In this document: positions 51,647 to 64,000 of the stretch, piece after piece | Numbering within the stretch: the first letter of the stretch is position 1 | How the letters are laid out: every line of letters begins with the position of its first letter | NCBI RefSeq assembly: GCF_006345805.1 | Contig: NC_043020.1 | Location: forward strand, 16,492,001-16,556,000 | Direction: 5' to 3' | Length of the DNA: 64,000 bases | Source: Octopus sinensis | Lineage: Eukaryota | Made by a program: the position numbers and the translations under genes | Notes under the pieces: generated by a model | The model's input: only the letters and a program-made list of their open reading frames with translations | The model's database searches: none | What the model was told of the DNA's origin: nothing

Positions 51647-52050
51647 AGGCACAGGAGTGGCTGTGTGGTAAGTAGCTTGCTTACCAACCACATGGTTTCG
51701 GGTTCAGTCCCACTGCGTGGTACCTTGGGCAAGTGTCTTCTACTATAGCCTTGGGCCGACCAAAGCCTTGTGAGTGGATTTGGTAGACTGAAACTGAAAG
51801 AAGCCTGTCGTATATATGTATATATATATGTATGTGTGTGTATATGTTGTGTATCTGTGTTTGTCCCTCCAATATCGCTTGACAACCAATGCTGGTGTGT
51901 TTAGGTCCCGTAACTTAGCGGTTCAGCAAAAGAGACCGATAGAATAATTACTGGGCTTACAAAGAATAAGTCCCAGGGTCGAGTTGCTCGATTAAAGGCG
52001 GTGCTCCAGCATGGCTGCAGTCAAAATGACTGAAACTAGTAAAAAGAGAA
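51647..52050 (+). mobile_element. tRNA-derived SINE, family A, full length
   Basis: Colinear with 5516-5915. Confidence 0.9.
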
Positions 52051-54182
52051 AGAAAAAAAAGAGAATATATATATGGTATGCATCATTAAAAGAAAAGAAG
52101 AAAAAGGATGATAATGATGTAATTCTCCTGATGCAGGACTTCTGGGGTCAGTTGAGGAACCCTACCATCCAAGATATTTCTGAACACCAAGAGCAAGTGC
52201 CCTCTCGAATTTTTGTTCTTCAACTCACAAGCTTATACTTAAAGTGGTACCATCTACTCTTGACATTTTCACCACTCTCTCCCACATCTCAAAAAGTTCA
52301 CATGAGGATAACACCACCCTGTCCACCCTCACCTTCGTTTTCAAGTGAAATATGGAAAAGTTGATGAGGGCTCTACCAAAGATAAATGACTCTGTCCTCA
52401 TACTTTTTAGCCTCATCCACCACACAATCTCTTTCACTGTAGCCCCCAGACAAAGGACAGCTACCTTCTCTGCCCAGTTAAAGGAGGGCTACTGGGTAAT
52501 TATCAATTTGGACTCAGCTGATAACTGGAGTCATCTCATATACAATAACATGACTCCACAAGTCAGCAATGCCTAGTCACTGAATGAGTGTATGCAGAAT
52601 GGTTTTATCTTCCTGCTCACATCTCAGACATGTCCATTCAACAGCACTTCCATGCCTGTAGAGTTTATTTCAGAGTGGTGATGCCCCTTGATAGCACTCC
52701 CAGACCAAGGATTTCTGGAAATTATCTATGGTAGTCCCTAGTCTGAAAATTCTCCAGAGCAGATTAACCGGTTTGTTTTTGTGGATGCCTAAACCCTGCT
52801 AGAATGTCACTCTTCCCTGCCACTAATCCTCTATTGATTGCTGGCTCAGAACACCCACCACTTCTGTTCTCCAGCTAGTAGAGGGCCTAATGACTTTCTA
52901 GGTAGCAGGCATCCGGTCTCATTTTTTGCTTCACATTTCACTATGCTTCGTTTTTAACATGATTTCTATGGCTGGATGCCCTTCCTAATGCTGACCACAT
53001 TACAAAGTGTACAGGATGCATATTATTGTGGCACCAGCACTAGAGTGGTGCCACGATGATATGCACCAAGACCAAAAGGCTTTCTCTATCCTATATTGTT
53101 GCCCTTTGTCTGCTAACCACTATATAGAGTGCACACTATATAGAGTTAACATGGCAATAAATTTGTGTACGTATTTCATACAAATAAAGCTCCCTGCAAA
53201 GCCACAGGGTTCTTTCTGCAGAACAGAGTGAACAGTTCTATTAGTTTCACAGGTCACGAGCAGCAGCTCATCAGGACTGCTTACATCATCTAGTTTTCTA
53301 TTTGCAATACAAACAAATGCATTGATATACTAATAAGCAAAAGCAATGTTCTCTCTTCCTTGCATTTTTATGTAAGAAGCTGTAGTCTATACTCTCTCCT
53401 TTTCTCTCCCTCTCCTTTCCTTTCTCTCCTCTCCTTTTCTTTTCTCTCTTTCTCCCTTCGTAGATAGGATGAAATATACATTCATGATAAGCTGATAATG
53501 ACTGGTGAAACTATTCAAGTTATTCTTAACTTTGTTCTGTGTTCCCATTGTTCATCTATGTTCAGCTATTCCCATCGTTCAGCTATTTATAAACCTATCT
53601 ATGGCACACATACACACTGCCTCAGTACTTTAGTTAAAACATACACATGCACACACATTATAGGGTTTCAATGTTAAATTATCACCAGCAATATTGAACA
53701 GGAAGCTGATATTAAAAGATGAAAATTTTCAACTTTATTACTTATAGACATAATTATATTGAGATATTTCCAGAAGATGATTGGAAGGGGGGAAAATTAT
53801 TGATCTTTTGTTTCCTTTTCAATAAACTTCATAAAAAAAAAACTCATTCATAAAATGTAATCAAAATTTTAATTGACTGAAAGAAAACTATTCAACTTTT
53901 ATTGGTGTCTTTTTAAATATTGCAGAGGTGAAATTATTTAAATAGACATAATATTGAACTGTCAAACAGTGAATTATGTGTAACAAGTATGAATTTTGTC
54001 TCTTTCCCTGAGCAAACCAATAATTCTATAATTTAAGCAAAAATGAGCTAAGAAAAATAACTAAAAGTGGTATGTACTTACTTACTTGTACTTACAGCAG
54101 CATTCAGATGGGATGGGTTGAGATAGGGTTCACCACATCCATCATGAATCCTAATCATGTTTGACAGCCAGCCCTAATGTTT

Positions 54183-54495
54183 CAATTGCAGCGTGGATGG
54201 TGTTTATAAGCCATTTAAGAAACACACAAAACCGTTAGATTCACTTCAACATATAAATTTGATTTGTCAAAATATTTTCGTCACTTTCAGACCGCAACCT
54301 GTTCACTGACAAAGCTTTGTGCTGCAGTCTCAAAGCGAAGAAAATATTTTGACAAATTAAATTTATATGTTGAAGTGAATCTAATGGTTTTGTGTGTTTC
54401 TTAAATGGCTTATAAACACCTTCCACGCTGCAATTGTTTTCGTTCCAGCACACAATCTCAGATCAAGTCACTCGCTATGCAAGTACATCTCCATA
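54183..54495. mobile_element. Palindromic element, fuller copy (254-bp inverted repeat plus unique flank)
   Basis: Arms of about 115 bp (54183-54436) around the loop CTGTTCACTGACAAAGCTTTGT; flank 54437-54495 is the reverse complement of 20150-20212. Confidence 0.78.
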
Positions 54496-55837
54496 AATCC
54501 TAATGTTTCAGTTAGCAAAGTAATGCTTCACTAGGAGAGCAAGTGCGTCACATAGTACAGACACCATAGCTGTAGTCATCATTTGGAGTTTCAGTAAGAA
54601 TACACAAATTCGCATGTGGTCCCCTGTCACATACACACATAATTGTGGATGATTGGATCCATGGCAGCTCATCTTGCTATCAATTGTTGACCATTACAGA
54701 GGATTCGCTGACCAAGTTGCCAGCAATTATCGGAGCAGATATATCCTAGGTTTGGGACATATAGTATACATTCTATTTAACCCATAGCCAGGATCCTAAC
54801 AGATGCTACCACTCCAGCTCAGAGATGACCTGGGAAATGTAGTAGCTAAGAGGTGGTTCCACACTCCTTAAAACTTTAGAGGTCCCACTACCAGATGCAG
54901 TTTAAAATCATACCCATGACAATGTATTTGAATAACATAGACAAATACCAGTATGTTAAATACCTCACAATGACAATTCTTGATTTATCAACACTATCTC
55001 CAACTCAAGAGGACATATAATTACTGAATGGCAGTTAAGGCCAGTTCCACTTTAGAAGGGGAGATATCCTCAAGAGTCAATAATTCTCTAAAACTGACAT
55101 GCTATTAAGGACAGGGATAAGTTTATTGTCTGGAGTTAAGAGGAGAGCTGTGGACGTGTGTTTCTGGCTTAATAGCCTTCATCAGCTCAGCGATAGTCCA
55201 ACCTTATCTTCAGTAGGCAAAAGACATAGACTTATACAAAACAGAGTAGATAACAGTTATGGCTAAGGTAATTGGCATAGTTTAGACAAAAATTACCTAA
55301 GAGAAATAATTCAAAGTGGCCAGCAGCATGTATTTGAATAATAGACAAATACTGGTATGTCATATAACATTCAACATGAATTTTTGATTTATCAAAATCA
55401 TGTTTGCTTCTTGAGGGTGTATCATAATTACCAAATGTCAATTAAGACCAACTCCGTATAAGAAGGAGAAAAACTCAAAATATAGTCTTAGAAGAAAATA
55501 TCTTTGGAAATTGTATCTTTTGTTATACACTTGTCATCTTCTTCTGTGTTGAGAGAATTTTTATTATTACACCAAGAAGTAAGGCAGCAAGTTGACAGAA
55601 TTGTTAATGTGCTGGGCAAAATGCTTACATTCTGAGTTCAAATCCTGCTGCGGTTGGCTTTGCTTTCATCCTTTTGGGATTGATAAATTAAGTACTAGTG
55701 GAGTATTGGAGTTCATGTAATCAACTTAACCCCCTCCCCAAAATTTCAGGCCTTGTGTCTATGGTAGAAAGGATTATTACACCAAGTAGTGAATGTAATC
55801 AAGAAAGAGGTACTTGCACTTGTCCAGGAAAAAGAGT

Positions 55838-56247
55838 TACTCTTTTACTTGTTTCAGTCATTTGACTGCGGCCATGCTGGAGCACCACCTTTAGTCGAGC
55901 AAATCGACCCCGGGACTTATTCTTTGTAAGCCCAGTACTTATTCTATCGGTCTCTTTTGCCGAACCGCTAAGTGACGGGGACGTAAACACACCAGCATCG
56001 GTTGTCAAGCAATGCTAGGGGGACAAACACAGACACTCAAACATATACACACACATACATATATATATATATATACATATATACGACAGGCTTCTTCCAG
56101 TTTCCGTCTACCAAATTCACTCACAAGGCATTGGTCGGCCCGAGGCTATAGCAGAAGACACTTGCCCAAGATGCCACGCAGTGGGACTGAACCCGGAACT
56201 ATGTGGTTGGTTAGCAAGCTACTTACCACACATCCACTCCTGTGCCT
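55838..56247 (-). mobile_element. tRNA-derived SINE, family A, full length
   Basis: Near-identical to 26478-26887. Confidence 0.9.
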
Positions 56248-58943
56248 AGCAAATGATTTAAACAATTTGTGTATAGCAAATGATTTAGACAATCTTAAAC
56301 ATGGATAAGATCAATGAAATGATGATGATCATCATTATTTAAACCTTTAGTGTTCAGATTATTCTGTCAAATGTGATGTTTGTTTATTTATATTGTTTTG
56401 AATTAATCATGTAGTTTAGAGATTGCAGTGATGTTATTTTTTATTTTAGTTTTAGAATGACATGGTAGGGCTGAGGTGAAAGGTGAGATCTGGTCAGGGG
56501 CTAAGTTGATTACAATTGACCCCAATGATCAACTAGTACTTATTTCATCAACCCTGAAAAGATAGCAGAATTTGAACTCAGAACATAAAGATAGACAAAA
56601 TACCACTAAGCTGGTGTACTAACAATTCTGCCTGCTCACCGCCTCAGTAGTAGTAGTAGTAGCAGTTGTAGTAGTAGTAGTAGTTCAGTTCTTCAAAAAT
56701 AATAATAACCCTTTCTACTATACGCACAAGGCCTGAAATTGTGGGGAGGGGGCAAATCGATTACATCGACCCCAGTGCATAACTGGTAGTTAATTTATCG
56801 ACCCCGAAAGGATAAAAGGCAAAGTTGACCCTGGCAGAATTTGAACTCAGAACGTCGCGACAGGTGAAATACCACTAAGTATTTCGTCCAGTGTGCCAAT
56901 GATTCTGCCAGCTCACCACCTTAATAATAATAATGATAACGGTTTCAGATTTTGGGCACAAGGCCAGCAGATTTGCAGGGGAGAGAGTAAGTTGATTACA
57001 TCAACCCCGATATTCAACTGGTACTTATTTTATAGACCCCCAAAAGGATGAAAGGCAAAGTCAATCTTGGCAGACTGGACAAAATGCCACTAATTCAACC
57101 AGGTTGTAGTAGTGGTGGTGGTGGTGGTGGTGCTAGTAGTGGTAGTAGTGGTAGTAGTAGTAGTGGTGGTAGTAGTAGTAGTAGTATGAACTGATGAAAT
57201 AGTTTAATTCTCTAATCATCATTATAATAATAATAATAATAATAATAATAGTAATGATGATGATGATAATATTAAAGTGTTTTCAGAGAGTTAGACATTG
57301 CTGAATGAATTCTGATGCCAGGCCAGATAGATCAGCGAAAAACAATTTCTGTTAATTGAAGACAATCAGGTTCTTTGTCAATAGAATCTAAGTTTATGTG
57401 TTTGTTCTTTATATATATATATATATTATATATATATATATCTACTTGTTTGCAATGGTAGCAACAAAATCTCCAATATTTTATTACATATTTCAAGAAA
57501 ATTACAGTAATCGTGGATGTTTATATCATCTCGTTGAAGTTCTTTGCAAAGCAGGAGCAAAATAGATTAATAACATTTGCAAATTGGATTCTTTATAAAT
57601 TCTTTATAGCTTGGCTATTGATTAGTGTAAAATATGCAAAGGTAATAATCTTAATTCTTTCAGATTTTACTTTTATTTGTTTTATTTTATTTTTATTTAC
57701 TGTTTAGATAAATTAGTTATTTTCAAGTTTTTTCGGATTTTTCTTTTATTTTTCACAATATATTTTTCTTGGTTTAAGGCATCAAATTCATTTTGCTATG
57801 AAACTGATGTTTTAGGACTGAGAAAAAAAAGCATATTTCTCTCTAATCTAAAAACGGTTGATTGGTTTATATTCCCTGGAGTAAAACGGATTATAAAGAT
57901 TTATATTACTTTTGTTTGTTTTTATTCATTATTTATTTAGTTTTTGTTTCTGATGGTTATTTATAAGGAATTGCTAAAATGTTATACAAATGACTTCATT
58001 ATTTTTAACTCTTGTCTTAAAATACTGTTCTTGCTCTGCTGCACCTAATTTTAGAGGTTAATGGTTTGAAGGTCATAAGAAGGTTAGTCTTTCCAGAAGG
58101 TTTTTTTTTTTTTCGTGATTTCACTTATTTATTTATTTTTTTTAATTTAGGAATGGTTAATTGAAATAAGTGACAAAATTTTTTTTATTTCATCTAATTT
58201 TCATTCTATCTTCTTTTTCTTTCTGTTATGTTTTTCTTTGCTCTTTCTGAAGAAATAGATTTATTTTCTAGAAGAAACAAATCATATTATACAATTTATG
58301 GAAGCCAGTGATAATTCTTCATGTGAATAAGATCTACGATATTTTTATCACTTCAAAGAACAAGCGTTGTTTTCCACATTTTAAAGTTTACACTGTTTAT
58401 TGTATTTTTGATATATACTTTTATTTTTCCAAGACTTTTTGATAAGAACTAGAATAGAACACATCAAATTTAGAGATTACTAATGCACCTCCATAGTTTT
58501 ATTTGTATCTGTTCCATTTCACCTGCATTGCCATTTCCCTTGGAGAATGCACAATCATTGATAATCCTATTTTGTAGCCACCCTGCATCTGCACTTTTAA
58601 ATTTGGGGTTTTCAGTCTAGTCAAAATAAAATCAATACCTCGTGTAGTCCATCAGGCAGCGAGCTTGCAGAATCGCTAGCGTACCAAGCAAAAGGCTTAG
58701 AGGCATTCCATCTGTCTTTATGTTCTGAGTTCAATCTCTGCTGAAGTCAACTTTGCTTTCATTTTATCAGGCAACCACTCCTCTAAAATTGCTGGCTTTG
58801 TGCCAAAATTTGAAATCATCATTATTAATTATTTATTTATTAATTATTATTATTATTATTATTAAGGCAGCGAGCTGGCAGAATTGTTAGCTCACCAAGC
58901 AAAATGTTTAGTGGTATTTCATATACTACTACATAGGTATAGA

Positions 58944-59178
58944 AAGGCAGCGAGCTGGCAGAAACGTTAGCACGCTGGGTGAAATGCTCAGCAGTATTTC
59001 GTCTGTCACTACGTTCTGAGTTCAAATTCCGCCGAGGTCAACTTTGCCTTTCATCCTTTCGGGGTCAATTAAATAAGTACTAGTTACTCACTGGGGTTGA
59101 TATAATCAACTTAATCCATTTGTATGTCCTTGTTTGTCCCTTCTGTGTTTAGCTCCTTGTGGGTAGTAAAGAAATAGG
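58944..59178 (+). mobile_element. Family B SINE nested inside an older family B-like SINE (about 58864-59345)
   Basis: The host head stops at GGTATTTCATATAC and resumes at TATTTCTTATACCGCTACGTTCTGAG after the insert. Confidence 0.75.
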
Positions 59179-59748
59179 TATTTCTTATACCGCTACGTTC
59201 TGAGTTCAAATTCTCCCATGGTTGACTTTGCCTTTCATCCTTTCAGGGTTGATAAATTAAGTATCAGTGAAACACTGGGGTTGATGTAATCAACTTGTCC
59301 CATTCCCCCCAAATTTCAGGCCTTTTGCCTATAGTAGAAAGGATTATTATTATTATTGTTATTATTATTATTGTAAAGGCAGTGAACTGGCTGAGTCATT
59401 AGCATGCCAGGCAATATGCTTTGCGGAATTTTGTCCATATTTACATCCTGAGTTCAAATTTCACCAAGGTCAACTTCGCTTTTCATCCTTTCAGGGTTGA
59501 TAAAATAAGTACCAGTTGAACACTGGGGTCAGTGTAATCAACTTATCCCCACTTCCTTTGAAATTGCTGGCATTGTGCCAAAATTTGAAACCAATGTCTT
59601 AAGTAGTCTTAAGTGGTTAAGAAGTTTGCTGTGTAACTATGGGCACAGGCATAGCTGTGTGGTAAGAAGTTTACTTCTCAGCCACAAGGTTATAAGTTCA
59701 ATCCCACTGCATAGCTACTTGGGAAACTATCTTCTGCTATACCTAGAC

Positions 59749-59967
59749 CAGCAGTTTTCAACCAGGGTTCCGCGGAACCTTAGGGTTCCGCCAGTACAGT
59801 CCAGGGGTTCCGCAAGAAGTTATAAAACTGCTAAAATCAGCAGTAATTCTTAATTCTCCAGTGCAGATATGTGTGCATAAGACTATTAAATTATTGCACA
59901 GGGGTTCCTTGAGCCAGTAGAATGTTTCCTTGGGGTTCCGCTTCAGCAAAAAGTTTGAAAAGCACTG
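59749..59967. mobile_element. hAT (Charlie-like) MITE nested in a family A SINE
   Basis: TIRs CAGCAGTTTTCAA / TTGAAAAGCACTG; 8-bp TSD ACCTAGAC / CCCTAGAC; repeated GGGTTCCGC subterminal motifs. Confidence 0.82.
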
Positions 59968-60624
59968 CCCTAGACTAATCAAAGCTTTGTGAGTGGATTT
60001 GGTAAATGGAAACTGAAAGAAGCTTATGTGTGTGTGTGTGTGTTTGTTCCTCGCCACTGCCTGACAACCAGCATTGGTTTGTTTATTTCCCCAGTCTGGC
60101 AAAAAGAAAACTGATACAGTAAGTACTGGGCTTTAAAACAAAAAAGTACTAGGATTTGCCCTTCAAAGCATTGCCCCAGCATGACTGCAGTCCAAAGACC
60201 GAAATAAGTAAAAATATCAGTCCAGTGTCACTCTTGCTATGTGGTACTGTAGGCAAGAGCATTATTCTACAACAGTCACAGGTTAATTAATTACCTCGTG
60301 TGGAATTTTATAAGTGGAAACTGTGTGCAAGTCTGTGGTGTGTGTGTGTGCATTTACACTTAAAAAGCACCCATGCCAGTGTTGTGTAAATACACCTGCT
60401 CCAGTGGCACATATAAAGCATCCAGCACACTCTGTTGAGAGGTTGGTGTTAAGAAGGGTATCCAGCCATAGAAACCATGCCACTACAGACAGCTGGAGTT
60501 TGGACAACTCCCAGCTATCCAGCTCCATGTGAAACCATCCAACCCATGCCAGCATGGAAAGCAAACATTAAACAATGATGATGATATTAAAACTGGTGTA
60601 TTTCTTGTGATCCTTCGTGTCTCA

Positions 60625-60855
60625 TACCTTAACAGTTCTGGGAGATGGATGAAATAAGTACTAACTTTTTAGCATTGATAAAGCTGCTCGTTGGTCAAAT
60701 GAGCTTCCCATGTAGCATTCAGAGCCATACTTACCATACTTCTGTAGCAGCTGTTTATTGCTTTTCAAGATTTTTGGTGAGGGTCCAAGTTTCAGTACCA
60801 TATAACAAAATTGATTCTACTGTGGAGACAAACAACCTAATTATTCAGTTTACAT
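60625..60855 (-). pseudogene. RTE/RTEX-type LINE ORF2 fragment
   Basis: RLFVSTVESILLYGTETWTLTKNLEKQ* on the minus strand. Confidence 0.7.
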
Positions 60856-61084
60856 GCAGCTTTATCAAGATCTACAGAAGGAAAGGGTGTTAGGTGAACA
60901 TGCTCTGGGGAAGGGATTTAACAAGGACACATTGTGTGCAGATAGGTTCACAAGGGTGTGAAGGGAGGGTGTGAGATTGAAGGAAAGGGAATACGGTGAG
61001 TGGTGAGCTCAGGTTGGGAATTTGGGTCATGAGGGTAAGGTTTGTCAAAGACAGATTGTGTGCAGGGGCATGGACATAAATAAT

Positions 61085-63390
61085 TTGTCTTTATAGCCTC
61101 AATTTTACTTAGCTTGATTAACTATACATGTGACGAGGCCAATCCCTCTCTGCTAGATATTTTAAGCTTCTCGGCAATAATTCCTGATGGGCCGGGGACT
61201 TACCCTGACTTCATTTCCTTAATTGACTTCTCAAGCACAGCAAGTCCTTTGTCATCTCCTCTGTGAGGCTCAACATGTCCACCACTTCCTCCCGTGTCTT
61301 CCTCTGTATTTAGAGACTGGTACTTGTTTATGCAGCTGCCTTCATCCATACACATCACATGACCATGCGTAATCTTCTCTCTTGCACACTATAACTGACA
61401 CCTCTTATAACCAGTTTTACTCCCAAAACATTTACACTTTGTCATACATCCAGCAGAGCATGCTCTTACTCTTTTACTTGTTTCAGTCATTTGACTGTGG
61501 CCATGCTGGAGCACTGCCTTTAGTCGAGCAAATTGACCCCATTATTACTTATTCTTTGTAAGCCTAGTACTTGTTCTATCGGTCTCTTTTGCCAAACCGC
61601 TAAGTTGCAGGAACATAAACACACCAGCATCGGTTGTCAAGCGATGTTAGGGGGACAAACACGGACACACAAACATATACACATACATATATATATATAC
61701 ATATATATATACATATACATACATATATACGACGGGCTTCTTTCAGTTTCTGTCTACCAAATCCACTCACAAGGCTTTGGTCGGCCCGAGGCTATCGTAG
61801 AAGACACTTGCCCAAGGTGCCACGCTGTAGGACTGAACCCGGAACCACGTGGTTCGTAAGCAAGCTACTTACCACACAGCCACTCCTATGCCTGCTAACT
61901 TCATTTCTTTTAAACCTCCGCGTGTCCTTTGCCATCATGGCCCATATTTTGCTGCCATGCAACATAGCTGTCCATACACAGGCATCATTCAGTCTGCCTT
62001 TCAATCTGAGGGAGAAGCCCTTTGTTAGCAACAAAGGTAATGCCTTTCTGAACTTTACCCAACCGACTCTAATTCTAGCATATATGCTTTCAGACTGTCC
62101 CCCTCTACTGCTAATTTGGTCACCTAGGTAAGAGAAACTGTCTGTTACCTGCAAGGAGCCTCCTGGACAGTGGAGGAAATCCATTTCCTGTACATTCTTA
62201 GTTTTTGTTATTCCTACACACCTGCCACACACAAAGACTACTTTCTCTGTTTACCTTTCTGGTGATTCTGCTGCATTTCTTATATGTCCATAGCTTGCAA
62301 TGCATACACCGTATGGAATTTCTACCTACTCTTTTTCTACATATCAAGCGGGTCTCTTTCTCTGAAGGGATTAGTAATTTGTCTGCTTTCCTTCTTACTC
62401 ATATTTTGTTCTTTGTTGAATGAACCCTTAAGCCCCTTTGACTCCAGATCTCGCTTCTACACCTGATATTCCTTTTCTAATTCTATAATAGATTCAGCTA
62501 TAAGAACAAGGTCATCAGCATAGAGAAGCTCCCGTGGGCAACCAGATTTAAATTCCTTTTTTATGTCCTAGAGGACTATGATAAACAAGAGGGGGGGGGG
62601 CCTTAGAACTGAGCCTTGGCGAATTCCTACATGCCCTCCAAATTTGTTACTACATTCATTACTGACTTTCACCTTACTGATAACTTTTTTCCCTGTTTCT
62701 GTTGTACCTGTATTTCAAAGGGCCGGCCTTGTCACTCTCTGTGTCATGCTGAATATCCCCGAGAACTACGTTAAGGGTACACGTGTCTGTGGAGTGCTCA
62801 GCCACTTACCCGTTAATTTCACGAGCAGGCTTTTCCGTTGATTGGATCAACCGGAACCCTCGTCGACGTAACCGACGGAGTGCTTCCCATACATGGCTTG
62901 GACAGCTCTCACTAGCCACACATCTACCCCTAGCTTATGCAACAAGCACCAGATGAGGGTGTGAGAGACGCTGCCTGAAGTTTTCTCCGTATCAACAGAT
63001 GCTAAGTACAGCAGTTTATTTTTCACTAAACGCTTCTTCTGCAATTGCCTTACTAGGAAGATAACATCACTAGTGCTTTTCCTTGGCACAAAACCAAACT
63101 GCATCTCATCTTGGCTAACTCTCTTCCTAATTACTTGAGCTATGACCCTTTCTGGAACTTTCATGACTTGGTCCAGCAATTTGATATATCTGTAATTACT
63201 TCTTATAGCAATTGACTATGATACTGCTACACCAGTCATTAAGTATGACCCCTTCTTGGACAACTTGATTAACTATACATGTGACTAGGCCAATCCCTCT
63301 CTGCTAGATATTTTAAGCTTCTCGGCAATAATTCCTGATGGGCCGAGGACTTACCCTGACTTCATTTCCTTAATTGACTTATCTATCATG
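61085..63390 (-). mobile_element. Decayed RTE LINE (pre-RT region to ORF end), interrupted by SINEs
   Basis: MIDKSIKEMKSGK.PSGII, LLDQVMKV..EMQFGFVPRKSTSDVIFLVRQLQ, PLLFIIVL..ELLYADDLVLI, FSYLGDQIS..ARIRVGWVKFR..LHGSKIW, GHVMCMDE and AVLEK occur in the correct order. Inserts at 61463-61893 and about 62690-62885. Confidence 0.88.
61463..61893 (-). mobile_element. tRNA-derived SINE, family A, nested in the RTE
   Basis: Full-length copy; the RTE frame (RNE | ASM) resumes across it. Confidence 0.9.
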
Positions 63391-63671
63391 TAGCTACGCA
63401 AATCATCATTTATATATACACACACATAAACACATAGTCTGTAACGTTAATATTTCTAGTAATATACATTAAGTGACATTTGCTGAATTAATTTGACTTG
63501 ATATTTCTTACTTATTTCTAATTAACACATGACCTATTCACATTTACATCTTGTAATTGTTTTACAATAATATTAACCTCTTGTCCACTGTACTGTCCAC
63601 TCTGTTTCATCTGTCAGCTGAACAGCTTCTGTCTACCCTCATCCACTATAGTTTTGCTATTGTCCCTATAT

Positions 63672-63742
63672 CAGAGGGACCCCCAACCATTTTTGCATTT
63701 ATAGACTGGTTTCATGCAAAACAATTTTTCCACGGACCAGGG
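63672..63742. mobile_element. hAT-Charlie terminal fragment (MER1-like)
   Basis: CAGAGGGACCCCCAACC..ACTGGTTTCATGCAAAACAATTTTTCCACGGACC resembles my recollection of a MER1/Charlie3 terminus; not database-verified. Confidence 0.5.
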
Positions 63743-63835
63743 AATCAAACACATAACAAAACCCAGAAAGTACATTATATAAAGAAGCTTGCTTCCTAAC
63801 CACATAGTTCTAAGTTCAGTCTCACTGCATGGTAC

Positions 63836-64000
63836 CCATTTCTTTATTACCCACAAGGGGCTAAACACAGAGGGGACAAACGAGGACAGACAAACGGATT
63901 AAGTCGATTACATCGACTCCAGTGCGTAACTGGTACCTAATTTATTGACCCCGAAAGGATGAAAGGCAAAGTCGACCTCGGCGGAATTTGAACTCAGAAC
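63836..64000 (-). mobile_element. tRNA-derived SINE, family B, cut by the window end
   Basis: Reverse-complement match to the 3' two-thirds of family B. Confidence 0.88.

Noticed and set aside
52130-52920. GC-balanced unique-looking block, possibly an ancient LINE endonuclease region
   Set aside because: No motif could be recovered in any frame with confidence; needs a profile search.
53244-53274. Minus-strand CTGATGAG...GAAAC
   Set aside because: No stem II closes next to GAAA and no stem I, so it is not a hammerhead fold.

Overview
AT-rich eukaryotic DNA made almost entirely of interspersed repeats and microsatellites ((TA)n, (CA)n, (TAA)n, (CT)n). The SINE families resemble those I associate with octopod cephalopods; this assignment is inference from memory, not a database result. 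No host protein-coding gene could be identified with confidence. Nearly all supplied ORFs are explained by microsatellites, SINEs or decayed transposon ORFs. Supportable content: (1) non-LTR remnants (R4/Dong inside a TAA array, several RTE pieces, one CR1 3' end); (2) two dead Tc1/mariner elements (DD41D and DD37D spacing); (3) piggyBac-like, hAT-like and mariner-like MITEs; (4) at least four tRNA-derived SINE families; (5) two solo LTRs with 5-bp TSDs; (6) a 25 x 24-bp minisatellite. Most interesting: small TA-array-embedded elements carrying hammerhead-ribozyme-like cores, including one copy that starts at the predicted cleavage site; several long palindromes, four of them within 3 kb; and a 117-bp templated insertion inside an RTE. 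SINE boundaries are approximate, and many older degenerate SINE fragments are not listed.
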